A stretch of DNA of 64,000 nucleotides from Chrysomallon squamiferum. Taxonomy: Eukaryota > Animalia > Mollusca. A program made the translations under genes and the position numbers. Under the pieces are notes generated by a model, which worked only from the letters and a program-made list of their open reading frames with translations, was not told where the DNA came from and ran no database searches. This document shows, one piece after another, positions 1 to 28,695 of the stretch. The stretch covers positions 41,788,001 to 41,852,000 of the forward strand of contig CM022670.1 in NCBI GenBank assembly GCA_012295275.1, in the 5' to 3' direction. Each line of letters starts with the position of its first letter. Position 1 is the stretch's first letter.

Positions 1-894
1 AAGAAAATATAAAAATATACTTGTAAATGTAACTGTGAATGTAATAGATCTTACTAACATTGACTGAAGTTCAATATATTAATCATTATATACTATTCTT
101 TAAATTTAATTTATTGTTTTCTTTGGTGTTTTTGGTTGTTGTTTTTTTAATTATTAATATCAATAATTATTTTATTGAGTACTGAGTTCTAATTTAAAAA
201 ATAAATAATAAAAAATGAAAATAAACAAAAAATTATATTAAAATAAAACAAAAGGTCATGGAATGTGATTTGTAATAAAAGCAAATGTTTAACAATAAAA
301 ATAAATATATATCACAAAACTAACACAATGGAATGTTTATCATTTCAGATATACTTATAAGGCCTACTTATAATCAACATACTTCATTTTCATTAATTCT
401 TTACCAAGAAATAAATAAACTGCTTATTACCCTTCATAACCCACTTTTTGATTGTAATAAAAATAAAATAAAATAAAATAAAATAAAATAAAATATATAT
501 GCAAACAAAAATTCTATTTTCAAACTTTAATTGTTTTGGTTTTTCTGCATTATTATTTTCGTTGTTATTATTATTGATAACCTTTAATAAGCAGTTTATT
601 ATGTAACAATAAAAGTCACTTGGTCAGGAAAAAAAAAAAAGTCGTATTTCTCTAATACAATAATTCTGCTGCCAGATATTCACATTTCACATACCTTGAC
701 AAATCTAAATAAATTAACATTTTTTGTTCTCACTAAAACTAAATAAATAAATTTATCACCATACACATGTCCCAGTTAAAATTTCTGATTCTATTTGTAA
801 AAGCTTTCTCTTGTTGAAATCCTCTATTCATTGAAAAAAATATAATAATTTTTATACGTTTGGTGGTCGTAGTTACTGATCCAAGGGAAATAAC

Positions 895-6255
<5,361 letters not shown>

Positions 6256-6341
6256 TGTGGGATGGGGGGTTACAGATCACTTCAAAAATCTTTTCTGAAA
6301 TTAAAATAAATATACATTATATATACATACATACATATATT

Positions 6342-6385
<44 letters not shown>

Positions 6386-7204
6386 TTATAGTGATATAAA
6401 CAATTCATCAACTACAGATGTTTTAAAAACATAAAACAAAATGGAAGCAAATGATAGTAAAAAAATGTAATGATGCCAAAAGAAAAAAGACAAACCAAAA
6501 ACTAATAAAATATTACACAGGTAGAGATGAGAGTATACTGATGACAAAAGGTAAATAAAGTTACACATACAGGTGTAAAATATATACTGTATGTTTCATA
6601 CACAGGTGTACACTAAATATACACTTAATGATAGCCATATAGATACAGTAAATATATAATGAAAGTCACATAAGCAGGTGTAACATACGTACTGAAAGAT
6701 ACACATACAGGTGTTCACTAAACGTAAGATAAGATGTTAGTTCTGGTAAAAGTTTTGAAAAAAAACCCACATTAAATCCCCAAACAAACACGTTAATTGA
6801 AAACATTCAGGGGGAATATGACACAATTAACAAATGTTACATGTTGTTGTACAGGAGTGGTCAATGAACTGACCATTCATTTACTGACCTCAATAATCTG
6901 TTAAACACAGGATAAGTGTCACAAGAGAACAATGAACAAAAAAAAAAAAAAGAAAAAAAGCATATTACCAATTTAATGTATTATCTCAGACAGACAGTAA
7001 GAACTGACATGTTCAACAAACAAGATAATTTTTTAATTACAATGTTATGTCAAAATAAATTATCAGATGTTAATAATTAAACAGTAATATATAATATATA
7101 TATATAAATTTTGTTAACTATAATATTAGTATAATGGTAGTAATAACAATATATTAATATAGTTGTTATACTACACTATTAGTATTAATATCAATTATAG
7201 TATA

Positions 7205-7425
7205 ATATAGTCCAGCATAGTACAGTACAGTACAGTACAGTATAGTATAGTATAGTATAGCACAGTATAGTAAAGAACAGTATAGTATAGTACAGTACAG
7301 TATAGCTTAGTATAGTAAAGAACAGTATAGTACAGTACAGTATAGTATAGTACAATATGTATAGTATAGTAGAGTATATTATTGTGTAGTATAGTGAAGT
7401 ATGGTATAGTATGGTATCGTATGAT
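7205..7425. repeat. (TAGTA/CAGTA)n pentanucleotide microsatellite
   Basis: Directly visible. Confidence 0.9.
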
Positions 7426-7542
7426 ATAATTTAATATTAGCAGAGCAGAACAACTGCAATGTAATTTGTCTCTCTACTCTAAGCTTACAAACAATATTTT
7501 ATAACATAATTTATATATAAAATATAATTTAAAAAAAAAAAA

Positions 7543-7579
<37 letters not shown>

Positions 7580-7587
7580 TAATAAAA

Positions 7588-7619
<32 letters not shown>

Positions 7620-7699
7620 CTAATTCATATGTGTATCATTTAAACAATGATATATTTCACTATTTCTAACGCAAACAGAGAAAATAACATCCCCTACCT

Positions 7700-8572
7700 G
7701 TTCTGAAGTTTTCACGGGAGTACCTTAAACAAACGCGTCTCCAGCTGAATTGCGTAATTTATTGTCACGTTATATTTATATCGTCTGTCTGTATAACTCA
7801 GATCACGATAGACACGTGGTACACAATGACAGACAATTTGATTTATCGTATTTTCACTACGTCAAGTAAATACGAGGTATTTTAGTTGTGTTTGTTTGTT
7901 ATTAATTAATAACTCAATAAGCTGTAAAAGTAAATTACAGGTCTTGACTACCGTTATTTAAAGAATAACAAATATGACAGCATTTAATTAAGAACAGAGT
8001 ATTGTTTATAATTACTCTCGTTTTAAAAGTACGATCAATGACAGCAGCGACCAATGAGTGGGTGATTAATTCATTAAAACAGAATAAATTATCCTAGAAC
8101 ACGATCATATGTTCTAACATAAGAAACTACGTCTGTTGAAAATGACAGCGAGTTACAAAGGCATCAGTTATTTTTCTACTTACGTCTAGTAATTAATCCT
8201 GTGAAACTAATTTGAATAAGGGCTTGTTAAAAATCACAATACCAAGACCGGAGATAAAGGACATATGCCGGGAAACGGTATAACAATTGCAGTGGGTTGG
8301 GTGGCAGGCAGCCAATGAAATGAGTAAGACAGGAGGTTGGTCACCCAGGCGATATTTGATTGGTCAAAGTGATATCATTCGTGTCCTTCAACAATGAATG
8401 ATGAAAGACATCGACGAGAAAGATCAATGAAAATATTTGATTATTCAACAACCAAGATTTATCTCCCTTAAATTCCAGACTACTGTTTTAGAAGAATATG
8501 TAAACAATCCAGTTAATAATTTACTTTAACTGCATCATATTTATTTATTATTTAAAATTCCTAAGCAACCAA

Positions 8573-8604
<32 letters not shown>

Positions 8605-9133
8605 ATTTTTTGACTGTGAGGAAATGCAGTTTTAAACTTATTGAAATATCACTATTTCAGTGGTAACTACAAGTTTTGTAAAACAATATAGAGAAGAAAT
8701 AATTGATTAATATATATATTTGTTTAGTCAGACACAAAGTGTCATTCTTTTATTTTCTACTCAGTTCTAGCTGTATCAGTGTATGTCTCATTATCTCCCC
8801 ATGTTTACCACTCACCCATTCTCCTTCTCTCTTCCAACGATCATCAAGGCATATCTAATCTTCCATGAAAAATAAAACATCAATGATTTACACATAAAAT
8901 TATATGTACTACAAATTATCTGTAAGTATTAAATATAAATTATTATAATATTTAAATAGATAATTAATTATTATTATTATTATTTAGATAGTAGACCTAT
9001 TTCATTTTTTTATTACAAAAATTATACTCGTTGAGTTTCTCGTCTTAGCTCTAACATTGTACAAGGTGAACGTGATGGTGCGTTTCCGTTTTCTGAACGG
9101 ATGTTGACTGATAATTCAAACGGCAGATTAAAA
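7700..9133. promoter_or_regulatory. Divergent promoter region TDH / ISCA1
   Basis: Head-to-head arrangement, locally more CpG, CCAAT boxes at about 8051, 8312 and 8359 (attgg). Function is inferred. Confidence 0.45.
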
Positions 9134-10548
9134 ATGGCTGCAAGGGCAATAGGATCGGCGACTGTTAGAGCGATAAAAGGGAAAACGATGATTCCACATC
9201 GAGCTCCTCTAGTTTTGGTAATAATATGCATTCAAAGTCTATGTACTAATAACGTGATGATGCTGTTATTCAGATAATTATTTCTTAGTGACTATTTTGC
9301 ATGATTAGAGTTGACGTTTGTGGTATTATCGATGGTCTGTTTTTCCCAATTATTGCATAATATTTTTTAATTTATCAGCAGTTTCCAGTTTTACAGTATT
9401 TAAATATTTAGCCCATTAATAATAATAATAATAAAAAAATAAATAAAATTATAAATAAACAAAAACTTGAAAACAATAGAATTGTTTTTCCCTTTAATAC
9501 TATATTTAGTCAACAGTAATTAATTATATTATCATTATCTACTATTCCATATTAAAATAAATTGGATTGGTATTTTCTGAAAATTTTAAATGTCAGTACT
9601 TTATAATTGGTTCTTAAAATTAATTAGCTCATTAACAAATCTATGCTCATAATTAATTTTCAGACTCAGTCGGCTGTGAACAGATTGAAACAGCTAATGG
9701 AACAACGACCTGACATGGTAAATATGATTTCAGAATAAACAGGTTAAAGATAATTTACAAATTAATGACAGATTGGGAGTTTTAGAAAATACTTTGATTT
9801 TTCTGTGATACTTCCTATCAGTTTCTATCTCACTCCCTCAACCCTGTGTTATCTTCACCTACTCTTTCCTTTCTGCTTCATTTCCTTATCATTGTCTCTT
9901 CATCTTACAGTTACATTATTTTTAGTATTTGAACAACTGCTTGAAAATAGACTGAATATCATTTTAGGTTGGAATAAAGATTGGTGTGAAAACACGAGGG
10001 TGTAATGGTTTATCATACACACTAGAATACGTTCAAGAAAGAGGAAAATTTGATGAAGAGGTAGAACAAGATGGTTAGTAAAATTTGTTTGTAAACATTT
10101 TTCATGTCAGTTTCATCATGGAATAAAAAAAATACATATGTGTATATCTTACTGAAAATGAAGTATGTACATCAGTGATCTGCTGATTCTCAATCAGCTG
10201 TTTTCTGAACTTTACTAATTTGAGAAATGTATTTAGTAATCATATTTAATGAAATGTAATTAATGGGTTATCTGAACTTTTTAATTCTTTTTCATTTTTC
10301 AGAAATAATTTAACTGTAAAATATGATTCTGAGTTAGTGCTGTTTAAATACATATTTATATTATTGAAATACAATTTATTTTATTACAATTTTTTTCAGG
10401 TGTAAAGGTGTTTATTGATGCTAAGGCCCAGTTAACATTACTGGGGACAGAGATGGATTATTCTGAGTCAAAACTTATTTCTGAGTTTGTATTTAATAAT
10501 CCAAACATCAAAGGGACATGTGGATGTGGTGAAAGTTTCAATGTTTAG
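9134..10548 (+). CDS. ISCA1: Iron-sulfur cluster assembly 1 homolog, mitochondrial (130 aa, 4 exons); absent from the ORF track
   Basis: Exons 9134-9217, 9664-9717, 9968-10073, 10400-10548, phases consistent. Motifs GVKTRGCNGLSY, IDAKAQLTLLGTEMDY and C-terminal NPNIKGTCGCGESF. Confidence 0.96.
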
Positions 10549-10694
10549 CAGAGAGAGAATTGTGTAGTGGATTATTACAAACCTTATTATGCAGTGGCTG
10601 TTGATGCAAGAATGAGAAAATGACTTGTAGATATCTAGATATATATATATATATATATATAAATACTTATTTAAACTGTAGTGATCAAACTTTC

Positions 10695-10995
10695 TTTGGA
10701 TAAAAATCAGGATTCTAATTTCTATACATCAAGTATTCTACTGAGGATAAATACTTTCACAATATTCTGTTTAAGTCAAGGATACAAATCATGGTTTTGT
10801 TCAGTGATTTTATACAAGGATAAAATTTAATACAAAGATTTATGACAGTTATCCTATTAGGATGTAAATCAGGATCATATTCAATATAAATCAGCAATTA
10901 TTAGGATACAAATCAGGATTTTATTCTATTTACATCTATCCTTTCAAGGATAGAAATCAGGATTTAGTACTTGAATGAAGTGTCCTATTATAGAT
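10695..10995 (+). repeat. Degenerate ~45-bp repeats in the ISCA1 3' region
   Basis: Recurring ggata(c/a)aaatcaggatt motif, about 6-7 copies. Confidence 0.55.
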
Positions 10996-13406
10996 ATAGA
11001 TAATGGAACAATTTTATTGTTGGTGTTACCAAAGATGAATCATGTTTAAAAATTTGAAACTGAAGTTTGTGCTTTAATGTTTGTTTACAATTCTGTTCCT
11101 ATTTAGACATTTTCCTTTGTGTGTGTATGTGTGTGTCTGTGTGCATGACAGGGCTACTTTTTCAGTATTGTTGTTTTTAACAATCATCTTTTACTGTTTG
11201 TAAGTTATCCTGTTTGTGAAGTTTCAATATTTATTTAGTGATGTTGTTATTTATAGGTTATTCTTTGTTAACTTTTGGTGTTCTTACTAACATGTAACTT
11301 TGTTTCAGGGTTTTTTAATATTTTTTTTCTTTCACAGTATGTCCTATTTATAGCAACTGTGTGTTAACTGTCAACACTGACAGTGTGTTTATATATAGTG
11401 AAGCATCATTTTATACCTCTGCTGAAAAACTAATTCGAAATACTTCACATGTTGTGAAATGAACCTATGCATATCAATGTTTTTTTTAAATATATATTTT
11501 TTTCATCTATGTATGAAACCAAGTATATAGTAGCTTTTATATCCATTTTTTTTCAAAAAAATAAATAAATAATGTTCTTTTAATTTCTGTTACAACACAG
11601 TGAATATCACGACATTTCCTAATACTGTTTGCAGGTTTAAACTAATTTAAATACTTAAGTTTTTTCTGTCTACAAGAAAGTGATTCATGTTCAGATCGTG
11701 CTCATATTTACATCAAGATAGTTTTTATACAGATAATTTATTTTATCGTTTCTAACTTTTTCTTCTTTTTTTTCCATTCTGTATTTTAAAGTTCAGCTGG
11801 ATCTTTATAAACATTTGTACTCTATCTGTTGTTTTTTTTCCATGGAATTTCTAATCTTTCACAATGAAAGAAATTAATAATAGAAACTAACAGTCTTGAT
11901 TAAACTTGGAAATTATTTTTAACTAATTTACAATCACTGCAAAATGCTATCATGCCCAAGAAAAATAAGTAAATATAAAAGTGTATTTGATTATTTTTTA
12001 GTTATACAGCATAAGTTTAATAAGATTAAGAAAAAAAGAAAAAAAAAGAAAATAAAGTGTGAATTTAGCAATAAAATGCATCTTTGGAATTGATATAGTT
12101 TTAAATGTGTAAAAGATTGGGATCTGAAATGGAAAACAATATAATATGAGTAATGTATTTCATTCTCTTTTTTTTAAATTTATTTTTTACACTAGTTGTT
12201 TCATAACTTTTATATAATTAATTATTAAAACTGTTAATCATGTGTTAATACAAATTACAGACTTCAAAAGACTTTAATGATACTGTCTTTAATGGAAAAT
12301 ACATTTTCTGTCATGCTAGATATTTATACTGATTGTGAAGATGTAAAAAATATGAACTTGGCTAATGAGCAATGCAGAGATAATTTTGTATGGAGTTTAA
12401 TACAAACATGATTAATAAATTTTGATGTTAACATTTATTTTGGACATACTCTTTCAAATAAACTTCTTTTTTTTTTTTTTTTAAATTGTGTTTAATTTTT
12501 TTTAAATATGTGATCACATTTTTTATTTATATGTGTAACAAGGATATACTAGTAAATTAAACAGGTACAACTTAAAATGGTTAAAAGTGTTTTGTTTTTT
12601 CAAACGGAAAACTAGACTGAGTGTGTTACTAAATCTGTTCAATAAATATCATTAACTTGGAGCTAAAATGTTTAAATCAGTTGACATATTCAAAGTTCTG
12701 ATCTACAACATAGTCCTGGATGTGAAATCTCAGTCTACCAAACAAATTTCCCATTTTATTCATTCTAATATAATTACTTAAATATTTTGTGTGATTTAAA
12801 AAAAAAAAAAAGTAATATAATAATAATCTAGCATTTATATATTTCTGATTTTTTAATATTAATAATTAAAATGATTAAAGATGAAAGAAAAAACAAAAAT
12901 GAAACAAGATGATACTGGAGTATTTTACTTAAGTTAAATGAACAAGTCATGTCTTACATGTTTATGTGAAATCGTGTTTGAAATCATCTATGTTTTAAAA
13001 TGATTTTACAAAATACCAGACTGCATTTATCTTCACACGCTGCACTTTAAGAACCACAGCATGAAATCAGTAAATGATGTAAATGCACATGTTTCTTGAT
13101 CCATGACAGAGATTTTCATGACTACAAGTTCTGAACACTTGTCTTGTTTTCACAATCTTTTTACTAGTTCACGTCAGACATCATTTCTCACAGGTACACT
13201 AATTCCTTTTTTCATTTTATTACTTCATCACTATCTGTAAACATAAGACTTCTTCAGTTTGACACCTCATGTCATCAGTGTTCTTTAGTAAAACTGCTGT
13301 CAGTGACTGTCTTCTCTAACTGTTTTGTATTTACATTCATGTGTTTCACTCTCCTGTAACAGCAGACCTAGTGCACATACACTTAACACTCAGAATGTGT
13401 GTATTT

Positions 13407-15265
13407 TCAGAATCCTGCCAGTGCATCAGCCAGTTTTTTACACATTGATGTAATCTGATTGTTTGTCATGTGTTCTGAGGCTGATATAGCATTGGCAATG
13501 GCTATTGTCTCTTTAACAGTCCGACCTTTGACCCACACCCGTCCATTCATCCCTGTTGTTATTTCATACGGCATCTGTTTACCTAATGTTTTTGCCAGCA
13601 CACACTTTGGGTGAAGAATCCTGAAGGAGAAGACAGAAAAGAAATTAATCACAAATTGAAAATTATGAAAAAAAACTTTGTATACAATGATAATATTATT
13701 TATATGAAACTTACAGAGAGTAAATAAATGCCCCAAAACAGAGAAAACAATTTGGGAAAAATTAATATCACAGCATTAAATAATAGTAATGGCTGGACAG
13801 GAAGAGAGTAGTTTAAAATATGCTGCTAGTGGCAATCACTCACTTTCTGACAAGGTTGAGAGAACAGTGGAACAGAAAACCACCGTTTCGTATGACCCCC
13901 ATACCACTGCTACGACCTTGACCATCAATACACACCAACTCTGGTTCAATATCTTTGTTTGCAATGAGAAACCGAGCATAAACAATGTCACCAACCTGCA
14001 GAAAGAAATTAAAACTTAACTAGTGAAACAGATAATAAACAACACAAATCACATATTACACTCATATTTATGAAAATCACGGATAGTGAAATGTGAATGT
14101 ATTAAATCTTTATGGCACATTCAGGTGTTCTTAAAAATAAAATTTTGTTTAAACCCAATAATATAATTAATCTTATTTTGAAAAGTTTTAAAAATAACAG
14201 AACTAACACACTGGTATTTTCATGTTAAATTATCACCAAAATGTATGCAAGCATCTAAACAAATTTTTATTTATTTATTAACATAATTATGACAATGGAA
14301 ATTTTGAGAAATACAAATCTGCTTGGTACTCGTCCAAACTCACAGAAATGACAGTCTACAACATAAATATCACCTATAAAGTAAAGAACTTAAAAGAATA
14401 ATGTTGTGAAGTTATCTTTACCTTCACATCTGGTCTGTTTTTCTTTGTAGCACCTTCAAATGCCAAGTATGACAACGTGGCCAGCTCACTCCCCCCAACA
14501 TCCACCCTAAACACATCTCCTGCTTTACTTGTTACAATACCAATCACAAAGTCACCCTTCACTGGCACATACTGTACAAATAAACAACAGAAAAACATTG
14601 CTAAAAATAAAATCTCACCTTTAAAAGAATGATGAATTTTGATCAATATGACATTCTTAATAATTATTTTACAAATTATATCAAATTACAAACTACATGA
14701 GGCAATGGAGCTTCTAACCCATTTAAATATTTCAGTATAATGTCTTTGTTAAGTTAATTCAAAATTCTTAACTCATTTTCGTTTTTTTCAAATGACATGA
14801 TTCTGAATGGTTTCATTTACGTTTTATTTGATTTATTTTTGTATTATAATGTAGATACATGATAATAACATTTACATTAAAATACCATTATAGCACAAGA
14901 AACTTAGTGAGTGAGAATAATTATTTTCGTTATGGTCCTGATTTTCCATTTTGTTTAAGATGCAATAAATTAAAGAGATATTTATTTTAAATTTCATTTT
15001 AACATTTTCGAAAGTATTATTAAAATTAAAATTAAAATTTAAATGCATCAAAATAAATAAATTAAATAAATACCCGCTTTTCATGACTATCAATCCAATA
15101 AACGTTTGGTTCTCTGAACTTGAAAATGCCAGGTTTACAAACAACGATGGTTTCTTCTCCATCTTGTCTCAATCCAGGACCCAGAAATACTTTTTTCGTT
15201 TTTTCTGACTCTTTAACATTGCTAATTGTATCGCCTGGAAGGCAGACTTTCCCAACATGATCCAT
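13407..15265 (-). CDS. EXOSC3: Exosome complex component RRP40 (235 aa, 4 exons)
   Basis: Exons 15265-15074, 14571-14422, 13995-13844, 13620-13407. Motifs [39 protein letters not shown]. Confidence 0.96.
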
Positions 15266-15655
15266 GTTGCTAGACTGGGATTTAACTTATTGGACTCAAA
15301 AAGAAAAACTAGTCGTGATCTCACATAACATTATTTTAAACCTTAAGGTTACTGGCATTTTGCTAATCACATAACTGGCTTATATTAAGATTTTTTAGAC
15401 ATCAAATTATTCTGTCAAATTAAGTAAAAACAAAAATTCAGTCATTTTGTTAATTTGTATTTTATGTGCATATGTTCTTATCAAGAACATGTAATCATAT
15501 CAAGCAATCCAAGGAACGAAGGATACAAACTCTTTAAAATTGATTTCCTGACTAAGATATAAAGATAAAGAAAAAAGTGCGTGGCATTTTAACGTGAAAC
15601 GTTTAGACAAATCCATCCGACCACATATGCCATAGAGATAGACTATTTCAAATAA

Positions 15656-15718
<63 letters not shown>

Positions 15719-16494
15719 GTGATGCTCAAACGCTTTAATTAGGCAACCTCTCGTTTGTTAACGACTATATAACTTCACGATTCATAGTTGATTTGACACA
15801 GATAAATAGAAATATGCATGCTCTAAAAGTCAGTTAATAAGAAAAATATGTATATAATCAGCTTGTGAACAAATATATTTTCCATTAAGGCATATTTATT
15901 CAGTTATGTATGGCTTATCCGCAAAAACAGTTTCGTTAATACTCGTTTGGTTTGTATTTAGTTTATATTAAGAAGCAGATAAATAAGACAATATTATGTA
16001 AATCAGATGCTGTCTGATGGGGATGTAGAGATATTATGACCGCTTGACATTCTGAAGTGTACATCGAGAGAATTATAGATGATCTATATAATTTACTTTC
16101 GATTTCGTATTAATGAAATATAAATAACTAAATAATATATGAATAAATTAATGTTGTATTTTTAATTTTCTTTTTTTAGTTCTATTTAGTATGAATCACC
16201 AAAAACCAAACCGTAATCCGATCGATTATCCCCTGTTGAATTATATCATTAATGTGAAGAGTTCGTTCTAATTGTTTTTCACACTAAACTACGCCAAATT
16301 CAGTGAAGCTAAAATTAAAATTTATGTTACATATTTTTATTCTTTTAACTGATTTTATTATTATGTGTTAATTTATAGAAAAAAATACTATTAAGTCATT
16401 CTAGTTCTATGATATGAGACCAGCATCATCAAAGCGGAGCATCAGTTTGCAGAACAGTAGATTTAATTCCGCGCCTCCAGTCCAATTTTCCAAT
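15266..16494. promoter_or_regulatory. Divergent promoter region EXOSC3 / CARM1
   Basis: Start codons are head-to-head, 1229 bp apart; contains a (TAT)n tract at about 15657-15718. Confidence 0.5.
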
Positions 16495-24471
<7,977 letters not shown>

Positions 24472-24780
24472 CAAATTTGTGAGCGTTGTGTAAAATAATC
24501 ACGTGAACTATTTATAACACTTTCCTCAGGGTTCTGTGTGTGAGAGAGAGATGATGTGCAGCTTGATCAAAAACTCTGCACAGACTTAGTTCTTGTCATC
24601 AGTTGTGTTGTTAAAAAAAAAAAAAGAGTAGGATATGGAAATGTTGGATGATATATTAGTAATCACGATTTTTAATAACCAAAAACAAAACTCATTTTAT
24701 TTTAAATATTTTAAAATTTTCCTCCTTTGAACTTATTTGTTCAAGGAGTTTTTGTTTCATTATTATTATTTTTATTTTTA

Positions 24781-24812
<32 letters not shown>

Positions 24813-26640
24813 CTGTTTTGTATGTTTGTTAATTAAATCTTTTTGTGGTTGTAAGAGACAAAAGAAAAATGACATACAAATTACATTTAATCACATTTGT
24901 TCTATTTTCATAATTTATTTAGATTTCAACATTGTTTTGATCACCTTTTTTCTTTCTAAATTTAGCATCTTTTACAAATAACTTAAATAGTTACTAAACT
25001 GAAAAATATGTAAACAGCCCTTTTTTTAACATTATTTTTACTTTAAAAACTCCTGTGTCAATATTTAAATTTTGGAATGTGCTGTTTTATGTTCTGTATC
25101 TAACAGGGTTTTGTAGGACATAAAATAAACAATCTGAAATAGGTTAAAGGAGTTGATATTCACTTAAAGAAAAAAAAAAAAGTGTTAAAATATCTGTTTT
25201 TGGACGAGACTTTATATCCGATGATAAAGTGACTGTTTCATAGGGTCGACTTCCCTGTAATGATAATAAGCTGCAGAAATTATGGAGATGATTTTTTTTC
25301 ATAACGTTTCAAGGTTTCATTTTTTTTATAATAAAATTTTTGTTCACCCAGCAACTTGGAGCTTTGAAGTTTTTAATGTGGTAATAAATGAATATGTACC
25401 AGTAACCAGCGAGCGGTTGTCAGAAGTTACAGACAGCGGAGTATTTTCATTTTATTGTTAAACTTCTTTGTTGGTGTGCTTTCAGCTGAGACCAACACTG
25501 TGTACACCCTAGGTCAAGCTGACCTGATGTTCTTGTGTTACACAGCTGTATTCAGTGTTAACTCAGATGTGTGACCAGGTATCTGAATAAAGTTTATGTT
25601 CTTATTTCTGTGTAGGTTTAAATAAACACTAATAAATGTTTAAAAAGAAAAAGTGATTGATGTTCACAGCAACATGGCTTGTATTTCTTCTTTATTTCAT
25701 CTACAGTTACTTTCAGCACAAATTACAGTTAAAGTAGGGTTTATTTTTGAAAATGCAGATCTTGAATTGACAGTTCTGTAAATTTCAATAAACAAAAATA
25801 TTTTTACAAAATTGTTTTTATTTCCATATTTTGTTATGTCACTGCCTTAAAACTCAGTCCCAGATCTTAATTAGTCCTTGTCTGTGCATTATAGTCTTAA
25901 CAGTTGTGTATGTGCAATATCAACTGAATCAGCCTTAACTTTACACATTTATTTTGATATCTTCAGACTGTTGCTTTAAAATAATGTTATTATTATTAAA
26001 TTCTACTACTACTACTTCTACTAGTACTACTATTATGATTTTATTATTACTAGATTCTACTACTACTACTACTGTTATAAACATTTTTTTACTTATTTTT
26101 TCTTTTTTAGAAAGTTTGTGTAAAAATATTTGCCTTGTTTTATGAAGTAAAAAAATAATAAAGAATGCAACGATTAGATACAAATGCAATTTTTATGTAT
26201 ATTTGTATCCGTGTGTGTTTTGATCATACATAGATCTGCTGTTAAAGCAAAATATTGATTTGTTTATAAAAATGTACATATTTTGTCAACAGTTTGAATT
26301 TAAACATTGTGTACAAATAAGAAGAAAGTTTAGTGAAGATTAAAGACTACTTGGTAGATTTTGTTTATTGAAAAAAGAATAAATGATTTCTTCCAACACC
26401 CTGGTTTTTTTTAAAAATAAATCAAAGTACTGTTAGAGAGATTCATCAACTTCATACAAGAACATTACTGTATAAAATAATGATTGCTGTAAATGAAGTA
26501 TAAGAGCTGCAGTAAAGTTTGTACAGATCAGAAGCAGTAGGTAACTCGTCATTCAAAACTATCTTTACAGCTGAAAATGAATCTTTTAAAAGGAATGGAT
26601 CTCTTCTTCAGGTGTCTTTATATTTTAAATTTATTATTAA

Positions 26641-27592
26641 TATCATAGACTGAACTGATAATATATTATACAATATCCCATACACTGAACTGATAATACA
26701 TTGTACAATATCCCATAGACTGAACTGATGATACATTGTACAATATCCCATAGACTGAACTGATGATACACTGTACAGTATCTCATAGACTGAACTGATA
26801 ATACATTGTACAATATCTCATAGACTGAATTGATGATACATTGTACAATATCTCATAGACTGACCTGATCATACATTGTACAATATCCCATAGACTGAAC
26901 TGATGATACATTGTACAATAACTCATATTGAACTAACACCACAGTATCAGACTGAACTGATAATACATTGTACAATATCTCAGACTGAACTGATGATACA
27001 TTGTACAAAATTTCATAGACTGAACTGATGATACATTGTACAATATCTCATAGACTGAACTGATGATACATTGTACAATATCCCATAGACTGAACTGATG
27101 ATACATTGTACAATATCCCATAGACTGAACTGATAATACATTGTACAATATCTCATAGACTGAACTGATGATACATTGTACAATATCTCATAGACTGAAC
27201 TGATAATACATTGTACAATATCTCATAGACTGAACTGATAATACATTGTACAATATCTCATGGACTGAACTGATAATACATTGTACAATATCTCAGACTG
27301 AATTGATGATACATTGTACACTATCTCAGACTGAACTGATGATACATTGTACAATATCTCAGACTGAACTGATAATACATTGTACAATAACTCATATTGA
27401 ACTGATAATACATTGTACAATATCTCATAGACTGAACTGATAATACATTGTACAATATCTCAGACTGAACTGATAATACATTGTACAATAACTCATATTG
27501 AACTGATAATACATTGTACAATATCTCAGACTGAACTGATAATACATTGTACAATATCTCATAGACTGAACTGATAATACATTGTACAATAT
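26641..27592. repeat. 33-35-bp intergenic minisatellite, ~27 copies
   Basis: Unit catagactgaactgat(a/g)atacattgtacaatatc(t/c), with internal palindrome ATTGTACAAT. Confidence 0.95.
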
Positions 27593-27840
27593 TTCAAACC
27601 GTTAGAAAAATAAAATGTATAATTCCACATGGTTTTAATTTATTTTTTATATGTGTATATATTATTTATTTATTTATTTATTTATTTTCATTATCTTATT
27701 CTAGTTGTTTATATTTTATTTTATTTTTTTATTTTTCCGCCTTTCCATTAATACTCTAATGAAAATTCCTCCGATCAAATTTAAAATTTAGTGATCATCC
27801 GAGAATAATTTTATTTCAATATATAAACCACCTGAATTTA

Positions 27841-27900
<60 letters not shown>

Positions 27901-28695
27901 CACAAGAACAAAAATAATAATAATAAAAACATTACATTTAATCTAATTATGCATACAGTAAAAATTCTCTTACACAAAAAATGTTCAGTGAAAATTTGGT
28001 GTCTCGTGCATACGTTCAAAAAGTGTTTTTGGAAACTGATGAGTGTCTTGACACGTGTTGTTAAGAAAGATAAAATAGTTTTACTGCGTGCGCTGTTAAA
28101 GAAATTGAGACCAGGAAAATAATCAGTTCAGAATTTACCGAGATGAAATCATGTTTAGTTTATATGTCACTAGAAATGTAGTGTCTAAATATGAAAGAAT
28201 AATAATAATAATTTAGAAGAAAAACAATATATGGTAATGAAGTATGTTTACAAACGTGTATAAATATAAATTTTAAATATGTTTCGAAATTGTAAATAAA
28301 ATCTAGACAAGTGTCGGTAGATACAGAAAAATTGTGGATTTAATTTACATTAATGTGTTTTATTTTTAAACTGATGTAAGTGAAAATGTCAGAACTCTCC
28401 AGTATTTTGGAAATAAAGTTTTAAACTGTAGTTTTTGGTAATTGTTCAGCCTTAGAATGTTCAATGTACTTTTGATGATACAAAGAATTAGACTAAATGT
28501 GTTCTTATTTCAGACTTTTATTATTATTATTTTTATTTTATCCATGCTTCTACAAGTTTAAATAATAAAGTAATTCAGTTAAAAATTATCTTGTTGAGTC
28601 ATGGATCACTGCATTGTAATAATAATTAAATATGTAAGTCATGACGTCATAAGCCAAGTTGTAATGGTTGATATGGCGTATGTTTTGTAGAAGTA

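Noticed and set aside
13880-13905. Suspected frameshift in EXOSC3 exon 3
   Set aside because: Recounting shows five C/G bases; the frame is intact (GMGVIRNGG).
26933-27554. Several overlapping repetitive ORFs
   Set aside because: Products of the 33-35-bp minisatellite in multiple frames and both strands.
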